From contig CAYMAC010000005.1 of NCBI GenBank assembly GCA_964388325.1, positions 63,905 to 127,904 of the forward strand: DNA of 64,000 bases. Direction: 5' to 3'. The DNA comes from an uncultured Simplicispira sp. Lineage in GTDB: Bacteria; Pseudomonadota; Gammaproteobacteria; Burkholderiales; Burkholderiaceae_C. This document shows positions 54,690 to 64,000 of the stretch, in pieces. The translations under genes and the position numbers were made by a program. Within the stretch, counting starts at the first letter, position 1. Every line of letters starts with the position of its first letter. The notes under the pieces were generated by a model. That model saw nothing but the letters and a program-made list of their open reading frames with translations, was not told the origin of the DNA and searched no databases.

Positions 54690-56084
54690 ATGGTTGTTGC
54701 GGCTCCAGCCACGCGCTGGTTTGATTTGGCCACCATTTTGCGCCATGCTGGCACGGTGTTGGTCGGCCAATTGGCGGTAATGGCGTTTGGCATTACCGAC
54801 ACCATTGTGGCGGGCCGCCATGCCGAGGCTTCTTTGGCGGCGTTGTCGGTGGCCTCGGCCATTTTTATCACCGTATCGGTGGGGCTGGTGGGGGTGTTGC
54901 AGGCTTTGCTGCCGGTGTGGGCTGAACTGCGCGGGGCTAATCGGCACCAGCGCATGGGCGAATCGTTTCGGCAATCCTTGTATTTAGGGCTGTCGGCTTC
55001 GGCGTTGGGAGCGCTGCTGTTGCAACACCCCGGCCCGATATTGGTAGCGGCTGAAGTGCCAGTTGATTTGCACCCGTTGATAAGCGATTATTTGCGCGTG
55101 CTGGCCTTGGCTTTGCCCGCTACCTTTTTGTTTCGGCTGTTTAGCATTTTGAACCAATCGATGGGCCACCCTCGGCTGATTACTTGGATACAGGTGCTGG
55201 CGTTGCCGCTCAAGGTGTTGCTGTCGGTGTGGTGGACGTTTGGCGGACTGGGTGTGCCCGCCTTGGGTGCAGTGGGTTGTGCCTGGGCCACTTTGGCGGT
55301 GTATGCCAGCATGCTGGGCTTGGGGATTTGGCTGTCGCGTACGCAAGATATTTACCAACCTTTACAACTGTGGCAGCCCTTAGAGCGCCCCGATTGGCAG
55401 CAATTAGCGCAATTTTTGCGTTTGGGCGTGCCTGCCGGGCTAACGGTGCTGGTAGAAGTCACCTCTTTTACTTTGATGGCGCTGTTTATTGCACGCCAAG
55501 GCACCACTGCGTCGGGGGCGCATCAAATAGCTTCCAATTTGGCAGCGGTGCTGTATATGGTGCCCTTGTCACTGGCGATTGCGGCTAGTGCGCGTGTCAG
55601 TTTTTGGCGCGGTGCTGGCAATGAGGCCCATGCGCGCCAAGCGGCCTTGTTGGGCTTTGGTGTGGTGGCCTTGATGGCGGCGTTGTTGGCAGCACTGCTG
55701 TGGGGGTTTAGAGAACCTATTGCCCGTTTGTATTCTGAGCAGCCGGCGGTGGTGGCGCTAGGCTCGGGCTTGTTGTGGTGGGTGGCGGTTTACCACTTGG
55801 TCGATGGCTTGCAATGCTTTTGTTTGTTTGTGTTGCGCTGCTACGGCGTGACGGTAGCCCCTTTGGTGGTGTATAGCCTGTTGCTTTGGGGTGCTGGCTT
55901 GGGTTGTGGCTACACCCTAAGCTACCACGGTTTGGGGCCTTGGCCCGCGCAAGCCACGCCCGCTACTTTTTGGATGAGCAGTGCAGCCGCTTTGGCGCTG
56001 TGTACCTTGGCCTTTGCCCTGATGCTGTGGCGCTGTTTGGCCCGTTGGAGCCCGGCCAGCCCTCAGGCCACGGCCATGCGTTGA
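54690..56084 (+). CDS. MATE family efflux transporter
   Basis: 12 TM helices; 'GQLAVMAFGITDTIVAGRH' is a typical MATE N-terminus. ATG at 54690, 11 nt after the MBL stop. Confidence 0.8.
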   Translation: MVVAAPATRWFDLATILRHAGTVLVGQLAVMAFGITDTIVAGRHAEASLAALSVASAIFITVSVGLVGVLQALLPVWAELRGANRHQRMGESFRQSLYLGLSASALGALLLQHPGPILVAAEVPVDLHPLISDYLRVLALALPATFLFRLFSILNQSMGHPRLITWIQVLALPLKVLLSVWWTFGGLGVPALGAVGCAWATLAVYASMLGLGIWLSRTQDIYQPLQLWQPLERPDWQQLAQFLRLGVPAGLTVLVEVTSFTLMALFIARQGTTASGAHQIASNLAAVLYMVPLSLAIAASARVSFWRGAGNEAHARQAALLGFGVVALMAALLAALLWGFREPIARLYSEQPAVVALGSGLLWWVAVYHLVDGLQCFCLFVLRCYGVTVAPLVVYSLLLWGAGLGCGYTLSYHGLGPWPAQATPATFWMSSAAALALCTLAFALMLWRCLARWSPASPQATAMR

Positions 56085-57250
56085 AACAAACCGCCGGGCA
56101 AGCGCGCCACTTGGCCCTCTAGCTCCAGTTCTAACAATTGCACCAAGAGGCTGGCAGTGTCTAGCCCGGTGCGTGCCACCAAAGCATCGAGCCCCACCGG
56201 GTCAAAGCCCAAAGCGCGTAGCAGGGCGGATTCGGTGGGTTTTGGGGCGCTGGTTTCTGCTTCTGGCGTTACTTCTGGCATCGAGGCAGGTGCTGTGGGC
56301 GCGGGTTGGGGCAGGTGCAGGTCTTCTAAAACATCTTGGGCCGACTCGACCAGCTTGGCCCCTTGGCGTATCAGGGCATGGCAGCCGCGTGATTGCGGTG
56401 CGTGGATAGAGCCGGGAATGGCAAACACCTCGCGCCCTTGGTCAGCAGCCAGCCGGGCGGTAATCAAAGAGCCGGAGCCGGGGGTGGCCTCGACCACCAG
56501 CAAGCCTTGGCATAGCCCGGCAATCAGGCGGTTGCGCCGAGGAAAGTTGGCCGCCACGGGGGCGGTGCCCAAGGGGTATTCACTCAGCAGCAGCCCTTGG
56601 GCGGCAATGCGGTGTGCCAAAGCGCGATGGCGCGCCGGATAGACCCGGTCTAGCCCGGTGCCCACTACCGCAATGGTGGCTGGGGTGCAGTCATCGCTGT
56701 GCGCTGCTTGCAAAGCCCCTTCGTGGGCGGCGGCATCAATGCCTACTGCCAAGCCCGACACAATGCACAAGCCACTGGCGCGCAAGCTGCGGGCAAAGGC
56801 CAAGGCATTTTCTTCGCCTTGGGCGGTGGGGTTGCGGCTACCCACAATGGCCAAACAATGGCGCACCGTGAGCGCTGGGGCTTGGGGTGGCAGTAAATGC
56901 CCCGGCCCCATCAGGTAGAGCAGCGGCGGTGGGTCATCGCTATCGAGCAGCGCTGCCGGATACAGCGGGTGCCCCCAAGGTAGCACCAATTGGCGCTGCT
57001 CGGGGGTGGAGGCTTGCAGCCATTGCCAAGTGCGTGCTAACTGTGGCCCCAGTGCGGGCGGTTCCGCCAGCAAGGCTTGGCTTTGCAGCGCCGTGACGCA
57101 GGTTTGCAGTGCTGCCAGCGGCTGGGCAAAAATATCCACCGGTGTGCCAAAGCGCTGCAACAGTTTGCGTGCCGTGATGTGGCCCACCCCCGGCGTGAGG
57201 CTCAGGCGCAACCAAGCGGCCAATTCTTCTTGCTCTAACACTAACTGCAT
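56063..57250 (-). CDS. dprA: DNA-processing protein DprA (Smf)
   Basis: 'IVSGLAVGIDAAAHEGAL' Rossmann-like DprA core, in the conserved dprA-LysM-def-fmt neighbourhood. Confidence 0.9.
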   Translation of the reverse strand: MQLVLEQEELAAWLRLSLTPGVGHITARKLLQRFGTPVDIFAQPLAALQTCVTALQSQALLAEPPALGPQLARTWQWLQASTPEQRQLVLPWGHPLYPAALLDSDDPPPLLYLMGPGHLLPPQAPALTVRHCLAIVGSRNPTAQGEENALAFARSLRASGLCIVSGLAVGIDAAAHEGALQAAHSDDCTPATIAVVGTGLDRVYPARHRALAHRIAAQGLLLSEYPLGTAPVAANFPRRNRLIAGLCQGLLVVEATPGSGSLITARLAADQGREVFAIPGSIHAPQSRGCHALIRQGAKLVESAQDVLEDLHLPQPAPTAPASMPEVTPEAETSAPKPTESALLRALGFDPVGLDALVARTGLDTASLLVQLLELELEGQVARLPGGLFQRMAVA

Positions 57251-57266
57251 CGCACGGCTGGGGCGT

Positions 57267-58532
57267 TTACTGCGGATTGACCAAGCGGTCGCCCACGCGC
57301 ACGGTGGTTTGTACGTTCAAAATCAGGGCGTAAGAGACGCGCTCGAAAGTGCGAAACACCATTGCCATGCCGTTGTTCTCGCTGGGTAGTTTGATGATGG
57401 GGCGGGTGGCATCGGTTTTGTCTTGGATGCGTGCGCCTTGGGTGAGTAGCTTGAGGATATGGCCCGTTTGCAGGCCGTCGTATTCCCCCGCACTGATGGT
57501 AACGACTTGGTTTTGTGCCGCATTGACCAAGGCGGAGCTGTTGTAAATCGATACCACGCGCGCATCAATTTCTTGTTCTGGGGCATGGGGGGTATAACTG
57601 ACAAACCCACGCTCGGGCATGGGCAGCAAGCGGTCACCGGCGCGGATTTCTTCGCGGATGGAGGTAATGCCCAAGGTGGCCGGAATGTACTCTTCAACGT
57701 GTTGGCCCTTGGCATCAAGGCTGCCTTCGTGGCCTTCGCTACGCAATAGTTCGGCTTGGCCTAAGTAGTGTGCTTCGTAGCCTAGCACCTCGCCACTCAG
57801 GGGGTGTTTGAGCGGCTTGGCATTGCGAAACACCCGGTATTGGCGCGGCTCGCCGTTGTCGGTGCGTAGCGGGTTGGCCGCATCGCCGCGCGCATAAACG
57901 CGGTCGCCGGTGCTCATCAACACCCGGTCTTCGGTGGTGGCCACAATGCGCGCTGCTTGCAGTAGCTCGTCTTCCTCTACCACCAGCGGCTCTACCAAGA
58001 AGGGCTCAATCAGATGCGGTTGCAAAGTGGGCAGGGCCGAATCGGCCAAACTTTCGCTGCGCGTGCGTGGCGAGATACGCACGGTTTCAAGCTCTCCTCG
58101 GTGGCGGGCGCTGCCAGTACGTAAACGGGCAAAGTTGCCATCAATGTCCAGGTGCAGCGTTTGCCCCGGAAAAATCAGGTGCGGGTTGGCGATTTGTTCG
58201 CGGTTCATGCCCCACAGCTGCGGCCAGTGCCACGGTTTTTGCAAATACAGCCCAGCAATCGCCCACAGGGTATCGCCACGCTGCACCACATAGCTTTCGG
58301 GGGCGTTGGCAGCCAACTCGGACACCGCCACGCCGCGTGTTGCTACCGCATGGCTGGTGGCGTTGCCGGGTGGATTGGTCGTAGGGGCTTGGCCCATCTC
58401 TGGCAGGGGTTGCGCCTGTACCGATAGCCCGGCTAGGGCAATGCCCAGCACCCAAGCCATGCGCCACGGCTGTGCCAAACCAGTGCGCTGGGGGTTGGTA
58501 AAAGAGGCAAAATCTTGTTTCTGGTGAGGCAT
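57267..58532 (-). CDS. LysM peptidoglycan-binding domain protein
   Basis: Signal 'MAWVLGIALAGLSVQA' and LysM 'YVVQRGDTLWAIAGLYL'. ATG 58532 has GGAG 9 nt upstream; the start is uncertain (58595 or 58460 are possible). Confidence 0.75.
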   Translation of the reverse strand: MPHQKQDFASFTNPQRTGLAQPWRMAWVLGIALAGLSVQAQPLPEMGQAPTTNPPGNATSHAVATRGVAVSELAANAPESYVVQRGDTLWAIAGLYLQKPWHWPQLWGMNREQIANPHLIFPGQTLHLDIDGNFARLRTGSARHRGELETVRISPRTRSESLADSALPTLQPHLIEPFLVEPLVVEEDELLQAARIVATTEDRVLMSTGDRVYARGDAANPLRTDNGEPRQYRVFRNAKPLKHPLSGEVLGYEAHYLGQAELLRSEGHEGSLDAKGQHVEEYIPATLGITSIREEIRAGDRLLPMPERGFVSYTPHAPEQEIDARVVSIYNSSALVNAAQNQVVTISAGEYDGLQTGHILKLLTQGARIQDKTDATRPIIKLPSENNGMAMVFRTFERVSYALILNVQTTVRVGDRLVNPQ

Positions 58533-58667
58533 TGGCGATAGGCTCCGACGCGGAAAATGGAATGGCATTGTCTGTCCAAGCCCTGCATTGGACAACGATT
58601 ATTGGTGGGTGCGCCATTGTGCTGTATCGAAAGTAGCGAAAATAGGGCACTAATTTCTTCTGACACC

Positions 58668-59177
58668 ATGGCTATTCTCCCGATTCTTTGCTTTCCAGAC
58701 CCCCAGCTGCATACCGTGGCCAAGCCCGTGGCAGTGGTCGATGAGCGCATCCGCCAACTGGTGGCCGACATGCTCGACACCATGTACGATGCCCGTGGCA
58801 TTGGTTTGGCGGCTACGCAAATCAACGTGCATGAGCGCGTGGTGGTGATAGACACCTCCGAAGAGCACAACCAGCCCCAAGTGCTGATTAACCCCGAAAT
58901 TGTCTGGGCCAGCCCCGAAACCGTGGTGGGCGATGAGGGCTGCCTGTCGGTGCCCGGCATTTACGACGGGGTGCCGCGTTCGGTGGCGGTACATGTACAA
59001 GCGTTGGATGCCAATGGCGTATCACGGGTACTAGAGGCTGAGGGCCTGCTGGCGGTGTGCATTCAGCACGAGCTAGACCATCTGCGCGGCAAAGTATTTG
59101 TCGAGTATCTATCACCGCTCAAGCGCAACCGTATCAAATCGAAAATGTTGAAACGCCAACGCGAGGAGCGCGCATGA
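58668..59177 (+). CDS. def: Peptide deformylase
   Basis: 'GIGLAATQ', 'EGCLSVPG' and 'QHELDHL' motifs. ATG at 58668. Confidence 0.95.
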   Translation: MAILPILCFPDPQLHTVAKPVAVVDERIRQLVADMLDTMYDARGIGLAATQINVHERVVVIDTSEEHNQPQVLINPEIVWASPETVVGDEGCLSVPGIYDGVPRSVAVHVQALDANGVSRVLEAEGLLAVCIQHELDHLRGKVFVEYLSPLKRNRIKSKMLKRQREERA

Positions 59178-60157
59178 AGGTTGTGTTTGCCGGTACGCCC
59201 GAGTTTGCGCGCGTAGCACTAGAGCAATTGCTACAAGCGGGCTACAAGGTGCCCTTGGTACTGACGCAACCCGACCGCCCTGCTGGCCGGGGCATGAAGT
59301 TGCAAGCCTCGCCCGTCAAGCAATGCGCGCTGGCGCACGGCATTGCCGTGGCACAACCGCACAGCCTGCGCCTAGATGGCAAGTTTCCAGAAGAAGCCGC
59401 GCAAGCGCAAGCTGCATTGCAAGCCGCACAAGCCGATGTGATGGTGGTGGCCGCCTATGGCCTGATTTTGCCGCAGTGGACTTTGGATTTGCCGCGTCTG
59501 GGTTGCCTCAACATCCATGCCAGCTTGCTGCCACGCTGGCGCGGTGCCGCCCCCATTCACCGCGCCATTGAGGCCGGTGATGCAGAAACGGGCATCACCA
59601 TCATGCAGATGGACGCGGGCTTAGACACTGGCGACATGCTGTTGCTAGAGCGCCTGCCCATCACCGCCACAGCCACCACGGCCAGCTTGCACGACCAGCT
59701 GGCCATGCTGGGCGGGCGCTTCATCGTGCAGGCGCTCCAACAAGCCGCAGTAGGTAGCTTGGCGCGCACGCCACAACCCGCAGAAGGCATCAGCTACGCG
59801 CACAAAATTGAGAAAGCCGAAAGCAGCATCGATTGGCAACTGCCCGCGCGCCGCATTGACCAACGCATCCGCGCCTTTGACCCTTTCCCCGGTGCTAGTA
59901 CCGTAGTGCAGGGTGAAACCATCAAACTCTGGGGTTGCACGCTGGCCGATACCCCCGTGCCTGCTGGGGCCACACCGGGGCAAATTTTGCAAATAGACGC
60001 GCAAGGTGTGTTGGTAGCCTGTGGTGAGGGCGCTTTGCGCCTGACGGTGTTGCAACGTGCCGGCGGCAAACGCTTGCCGGTGGCCGACTTTTTGCGCGGC
60101 TTTGCCTTGCAGCCGGGCATGGTGCTGGGGGCAGAAGCTAGCAATGGCCTTACTTGA
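59174..60157 (+). CDS. fmt: Methionyl-tRNA formyltransferase
   Basis: '[12 protein letters not shown]' and '[16 protein letters not shown]'. The ATG overlaps the def stop (ATGA). Confidence 0.95.
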   Translation: MKVVFAGTPEFARVALEQLLQAGYKVPLVLTQPDRPAGRGMKLQASPVKQCALAHGIAVAQPHSLRLDGKFPEEAAQAQAALQAAQADVMVVAAYGLILPQWTLDLPRLGCLNIHASLLPRWRGAAPIHRAIEAGDAETGITIMQMDAGLDTGDMLLLERLPITATATTASLHDQLAMLGGRFIVQALQQAAVGSLARTPQPAEGISYAHKIEKAESSIDWQLPARRIDQRIRAFDPFPGASTVVQGETIKLWGCTLADTPVPAGATPGQILQIDAQGVLVACGEGALRLTVLQRAGGKRLPVADFLRGFALQPGMVLGAEASNGLT

Positions 60158-60860
60158 GACGCTGCGCCATCCGGCTTACCGCCAAGGCGTGCGTGATTTA
60201 CTCAGTGCCGGGGTCGGCATGGGGGCTTGGGGCTTAGTCACCGGGGTGGCAATGGTCAAGGGTGGGCTGTCGGTGCCGTTGGCGCTGGCAGTGTCATTTT
60301 TAGTTTATGCCGGTAGCGCCCAATTGGCGGTGTTGCCGCTGCTGGCCGTGGGTGCGCCACTGTGGGTAATTTGGCTGACAGCTGCCTGCGTTAATTTACG
60401 TTTTGTGATTTTTAGTAACTTGTGGCGCAGTTATTTTGTCCATTTACCCTTGGCGCAGCGCTTAAAAATTGGCTACTTTAGCGGCGATGTGATTTTTGTC
60501 GCTTTCATGAAGCGCTACCCGGAACAAAAACCACAGCCGGAGCAGCTACCCTACTTTTGGGGTTCAGCCACTACCAACTGGCTGGCGTGGCAAGTGCCCT
60601 CAGTGGCGGGTATTTTGTTGGCTAATGAAGTGCCCCTATCTTGGGGCTTGGGCTTTGCTGGGGTGCTGGCGCTGCTGGGGGTGTTGTTTTCTATGCTCAA
60701 TGACCGCGCCACTTGGTTGGCCACTGGGGTAGCCGCCACAGCTGCAGTAGCAGCGTTTGCTTTGCCACTCAAGCTCAATATCTTGGTGGCCATTGCTGCT
60801 GCCGTAGCCGCAGGCTTGCTAGCCGAAGCCATGCAGCGCGCTGCACCAGAGGCCCCCTGA
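60144..60860 (+). CDS. azlC: AzlC family branched-chain amino acid transport protein
   Basis: Polytopic membrane protein with an AzlC-like N-terminus. It overlaps the fmt 3' end by 14 nt and is followed by an AzlD-like gene. Confidence 0.75.
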   Translation: MALLETLRHPAYRQGVRDLLSAGVGMGAWGLVTGVAMVKGGLSVPLALAVSFLVYAGSAQLAVLPLLAVGAPLWVIWLTAACVNLRFVIFSNLWRSYFVHLPLAQRLKIGYFSGDVIFVAFMKRYPEQKPQPEQLPYFWGSATTNWLAWQVPSVAGILLANEVPLSWGLGFAGVLALLGVLFSMLNDRATWLATGVAATAAVAAFALPLKLNILVAIAAAVAAGLLAEAMQRAAPEAP

Positions 60861-61195
60861 TGGGCTGGACATGGTTCGATTGGGCGGTGGCCATTGCCGG
60901 GCTGGCACTCATTACGATGGTGTCGCGCTCGTTTTTTATGATTCCGCAACAAGAAATGCCGCTGCCGCATTGGTTGCGCCGTGGCCTGAAATACGCCCCC
61001 TTGGCCGCCCTGACAGCAGTGATTGCCCCCGAAATCATCATGAGCCAAGGCCAGCTGATTAGCACTTGGCAAGATGCACGCCTGCCTGCGGTGCTGTGTG
61101 CTGGCGCTTACTATTTTTGGCGGCGCGGCATTTTGGGCACCATCAGCGTGGGCATGGCCGTGTACTTACCGTTGCATATTCTGCGGGGTTGGTAA
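60860..61195 (+). CDS. azlD: AzlD domain membrane protein
   Basis: 111 aa with about 4 TM helices. The ATG overlaps the azlC stop (TGATG). Confidence 0.7.
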   Translation: MGWTWFDWAVAIAGLALITMVSRSFFMIPQQEMPLPHWLRRGLKYAPLAALTAVIAPEIIMSQGQLISTWQDARLPAVLCAGAYYFWRRGILGTISVGMAVYLPLHILRGW

Positions 61196-61267
61196 CGCCA
61201 GAATCGGCAGGGCCACGCCTACAATGTGCCCCGCTAACAACCGATTCTTCTCGCTTACCGTCCCGTT

Positions 61268-62464
61268 ATGAACATTCTTCGCTTTTCTGACCTGTGCGCC
61301 CAAGGCAAAGCCCGTGGCCAACGTGTGTTTATCCGTGCCGATTTGAACGTGCCGCAAGATGACACAGGCCGCATCACCGAAGACACGCGCATTCGCGCCT
61401 CGGTGCCCTGCATCCAACAAGCGTTAGATGCTGGCGCTGCGGTGATGGTCACTAGCCACTTGGGTCGCCCCACCGAAGGGGCCTTCAAGCCCGAAGATTC
61501 GCTCGCCCCGGTGGCCGCGCGCCTGTCCGAACTGTTGGGCCGCGAGGTGCCGCTGGTGTCCGATTGGGTCGATGGCGTGCAGGTGCAGCCCGGCCAAGTG
61601 GTACTGCTAGAAAACTGCCGTCTTAATGTGGGCGAAAAGAAAAACAAAGAAGATTTGGCACGCAAAATGGCCGCGCTGTGCGACATCTTTGTGAATGATG
61701 CTTTTGGCACCGCGCACCGCGCCGAAGGCACCACCTACGGCATCGCCCAGTTTGCCCCGATTGCCTGCGCTGGCCCCCTGCTATCGGCAGAAATTGATGC
61801 TTTGACCAAAGCCTTGGCCCAACCCCAGCGCCCACTGGCCGCCATTGTGGCCGGCAGCAAAGTCAGTACCAAGCTCACCATTTTGCAAAGTTTGGCCGAC
61901 AAGGTTGACCAGCTGATTGTGGGTGGCGGCATTGCCAACACCTTTATGTTGGCCGCTGGCCTGCCGATTGGCAAAAGCTTGGCTGAGCCAGATTTGGTCG
62001 AGCAAGCCCGCGCCGTGATGGCCGCCATGAAGGCCCGTGGTGCCGAGGTGCCAGTGCCCACCGACGTGGTGGTGGCCAAAACCTTTGCCGCCGATGCCCC
62101 CGCTACCGTCAAAGCCGCTACCGAGGTGGCCGAAGACGATTTGATTTTAGACATTGGCCCCGAAACGGCAGCCAAGCTGGCCGCGCAGCTCAAAGCAGCG
62201 GGCACCATTGTTTGGAACGGCCCGGTGGGTGTGTTTGAATTTGCTGCCTTTGAAAACGGCACCAAAACCATCGCCCAAGCGATTGCCGAATCTCCAGCTT
62301 TTAGCATTGCGGGGGGTGGCGATACCTTGGCTGCGATTGCCAAATACGGCATCGAGCAACAGGTGGGCTACATCTCTACCGGCGGTGGCGCGTTTTTAGA
62401 AGTGCTAGAGGGTAAGCTGTTACCCGCCTTTGACATTTTGCAACAGCGCGCTGCACAGGGCTAA
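61268..62464 (+). CDS. pgk: Phosphoglycerate kinase
   Basis: '[11 protein letters not shown]', 'SHLGRP' and 'IAGGGDT' motifs. Confidence 0.95.
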   Translation: MNILRFSDLCAQGKARGQRVFIRADLNVPQDDTGRITEDTRIRASVPCIQQALDAGAAVMVTSHLGRPTEGAFKPEDSLAPVAARLSELLGREVPLVSDWVDGVQVQPGQVVLLENCRLNVGEKKNKEDLARKMAALCDIFVNDAFGTAHRAEGTTYGIAQFAPIACAGPLLSAEIDALTKALAQPQRPLAAIVAGSKVSTKLTILQSLADKVDQLIVGGGIANTFMLAAGLPIGKSLAEPDLVEQARAVMAAMKARGAEVPVPTDVVVAKTFAADAPATVKAATEVAEDDLILDIGPETAAKLAAQLKAAGTIVWNGPVGVFEFAAFENGTKTIAQAIAESPAFSIAGGGDTLAAIAKYGIEQQVGYISTGGGAFLEVLEGKLLPAFDILQQRAAQG

Positions 62465-62592
62465 ATCGTCCAAGGGGCAGGGCTAAAAACAACATTGTTC
62501 TTGTTTTTACCCGCCTTCACGCCCAAAATCGTTTTTTTATCAGGGAGGTGCCGGACGTTCTTAGCTCCGTTGCCGCCTATCCGCAGGAGAGA

Positions 62593-63282
62593 ATGATGGT
62601 ATTTTCAAGAGCAATCGGCGCTGCCTTGGTGGCAGGGGTCGTGGCTGCTTTAGTGGGGTGCGCGGCCAAAGCGCCAATCCCTTTGGCAGAAAATTTTGAA
62701 CTCACGGTGCAACCCAAGGTACGTTCTGCCGGGCATTGGGATTTGCTCTCGCGCGATGTAGTGGCGCAAACCTTGGGCTCTTTAGAGCGCTTGGGGATGC
62801 CCCCTGCCACGCCCTTGTATGTATCAGCGCCTGCCAACGCCAGCGCCTTTGATTTGGCCTTCCGCGACTTTTTAATTACCGAGCTGGTGCAAAGCGGTGC
62901 AACTGTGATGCAAGCGCCTGGCAATGCGCTGGATGTGAGCTACCACACCCAAGTGGTGCGCCACAACAGCGACCGGCCCCACTTTATTCCGGGCCAGTTC
63001 ACCATGTTGGCCGGTGGCCTGATGGCGGCCTACGGCCTGCGCCACGAACATATTGATGCCCAATTGTTGGCCGGTTTGGGCCTAGCAGCAGCGGCAGACT
63101 ACGGTGCCAGCATTAACTCGGGTGGCCCCACGCATACCGAAATGGTTTTGACCACTACCGTGACCCAAGGCGGACAATTTTTGGTACGCAAAACCGATGT
63201 CTATTACCTCGAAAACGTGGATACGCCGTTGTTTATGCGTCCGTCCTACCGCAACGTCAACATGAAGGTGGTGGCCCAATGA
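62593..63282 (+). CDS. Hypothetical lipoprotein
   Basis: AGGAGA RBS and lipobox 'AALVGCA'. I recognise no family. Confidence 0.55.
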   Translation: MMVFSRAIGAALVAGVVAALVGCAAKAPIPLAENFELTVQPKVRSAGHWDLLSRDVVAQTLGSLERLGMPPATPLYVSAPANASAFDLAFRDFLITELVQSGATVMQAPGNALDVSYHTQVVRHNSDRPHFIPGQFTMLAGGLMAAYGLRHEHIDAQLLAGLGLAAAADYGASINSGGPTHTEMVLTTTVTQGGQFLVRKTDVYYLENVDTPLFMRPSYRNVNMKVVAQ

Positions 63283-63845
63283 AGCTCTCTCGCCTTTCTT
63301 CCGTTGTGGCGCTGGCTGGTGCTTCGGTGCTGCTCACTGGCTGTATGAATGGCACGGTGCCGGTGCGCGCTGGGCCTACCTACCAAGAAGCAGCGGCCAG
63401 CCAGTTTTTAGACAGCAACCGCGATGCCATAGCCAAACTGACCGCTGGTTTTGACCTGAGCAGCATTGGTCAAGGGCCGGTGTTGGTGGCCACCGTGGTC
63501 AACGTCAACGATTTGAGCCGCTCGGCCCCGCTGGGGCGCACCTTATCGGAGCAATACGCTTCGCACATGGCTGCGCTTGGCTTTAACGTCAAAGAAATCA
63601 AACTGCGCGGCGATGTGTTTGTGCGCGAAGGGGCTGGCGAATTGTTGCTCTCGCGCGAAATTAAAGACATTGCGCGCAGCCACGATGCCTCGATGGTGTT
63701 AGTAGGCACCTACTCGGCAGCGGCCAACTTCACTTACGTGAGCTTGAAGCTGGTACGTACCGAAGACAGCCGCATCATCCGGGGCCACGACTACGCCCTG
63801 CCCAATGACCGCGACGTGCAGCGCCTGCTGCAAGTGCCGCGCTAA
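63279..63845 (+). CDS. Lipoprotein, FlgO-like fold (tentative)
   Basis: Lipobox 'LLTGCM'. 'VLVATVVNVNDLSRSAPLGRTLSEQYASHMAALGFNVKE' resembles FlgO/LpoB-type outer-membrane lipoproteins as I remember them. The ATG overlaps the upstream stop (ATGA). Confidence 0.5.
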   Translation: MKLSRLSSVVALAGASVLLTGCMNGTVPVRAGPTYQEAAASQFLDSNRDAIAKLTAGFDLSSIGQGPVLVATVVNVNDLSRSAPLGRTLSEQYASHMAALGFNVKEIKLRGDVFVREGAGELLLSREIKDIARSHDASMVLVGTYSAAANFTYVSLKLVRTEDSRIIRGHDYALPNDRDVQRLLQVPR

Positions 63846-63896
63846 CCTATGGTGCAGCCATCCTCTATTTTTCAGAGGTTGGCCCTATTTTTTAGC

Positions 63897-63922
63897 AGGC
63901 CGTCTGAAGACGGCCTTTTTTT
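63897..63922 (+). terminator. Rho-independent terminator after the lipoprotein pair
   Basis: Stem AGGCCGTC (63897-63904) pairs with GACGGCCT (63909-63916). The loop is TGAA and a T7 run follows. Confidence 0.8.
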
Positions 63923-63948
63923 ATCCTATTGATTAGAGAATTTTTACT

Positions 63949-64000
63949 ATGTTACGCCGTGCCACCAAAATCGTAGCCACCCTTGGCCCCGCCTCTAGCG
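63949..64000 (+). CDS. pyk: Pyruvate kinase, N-terminal fragment (continues beyond the window)
   Basis: 'MLRRATKIVATLGPASS' matches the conserved pyruvate kinase N-terminus. Confidence 0.7.
   Translation, partial: MLRRATKIVATLGPASS

Noticed and set aside
1-64000. CRISPR arrays, IS elements/transposases, prophage genes, toxin-antitoxin pairs, restriction-modification or other recognisable defence genes
   Set aside because: None was found on reading all ORF translations and intergenic regions. The only repeats are short ones (a 10-mer x2, 8-mers x3, a hexamer x3 and homopolymers).

Overview
This window is ordinary chromosomal core genome from a roughly 60% GC betaproteobacterium (GC judged by eye). 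Gene order resembles Burkholderiales: accB-accC-prmA-DUF3426, dprA-LysM-def-fmt, tonB-like-aroE-ruvC, tldD-rodA. Codon use is unusually rich in TTG, CAA and AAA for this GC level. I support about 58 protein-coding genes, one tRNA-Arg(ACG), several intrinsic terminators and a few short repeats. I found no rRNA, CRISPR array, transposase, integrase, prophage or recognisable defence island. All product calls rest on motifs read from the supplied translations; I ran no BLAST or HMM search. Start codons were re-picked by hand where the ORF track over-extends N-termini. The items most worth a second look are: (1) a single 1,914-aa ORF encoding two complete UvrA-like units, giving four ABC ATPase modules, with no uvrB/uvrC and no SOS box nearby; (2) a cNMP-binding/CBS/DUF294-nucleotidyltransferase protein translationally coupled to a DEDDh exonuclease, next to yjcH-actP; (3) a 372-bp structured leader with a complete intrinsic terminator only 37 nt upstream of the DAHP synthase start codon; (4) two paralogous hybrid kinase to REC-HD-GYP signalling modules, one with a PhnD-like binding protein; (5) a Tat-signal type II sulfide:quinone oxidoreductase with a small membrane partner and a sigma54-like promoter; (6) convergent gene pairs that consistently end with interlocked or overlapping stop codons. 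None of these is proven novel, and each entry says what would test it.
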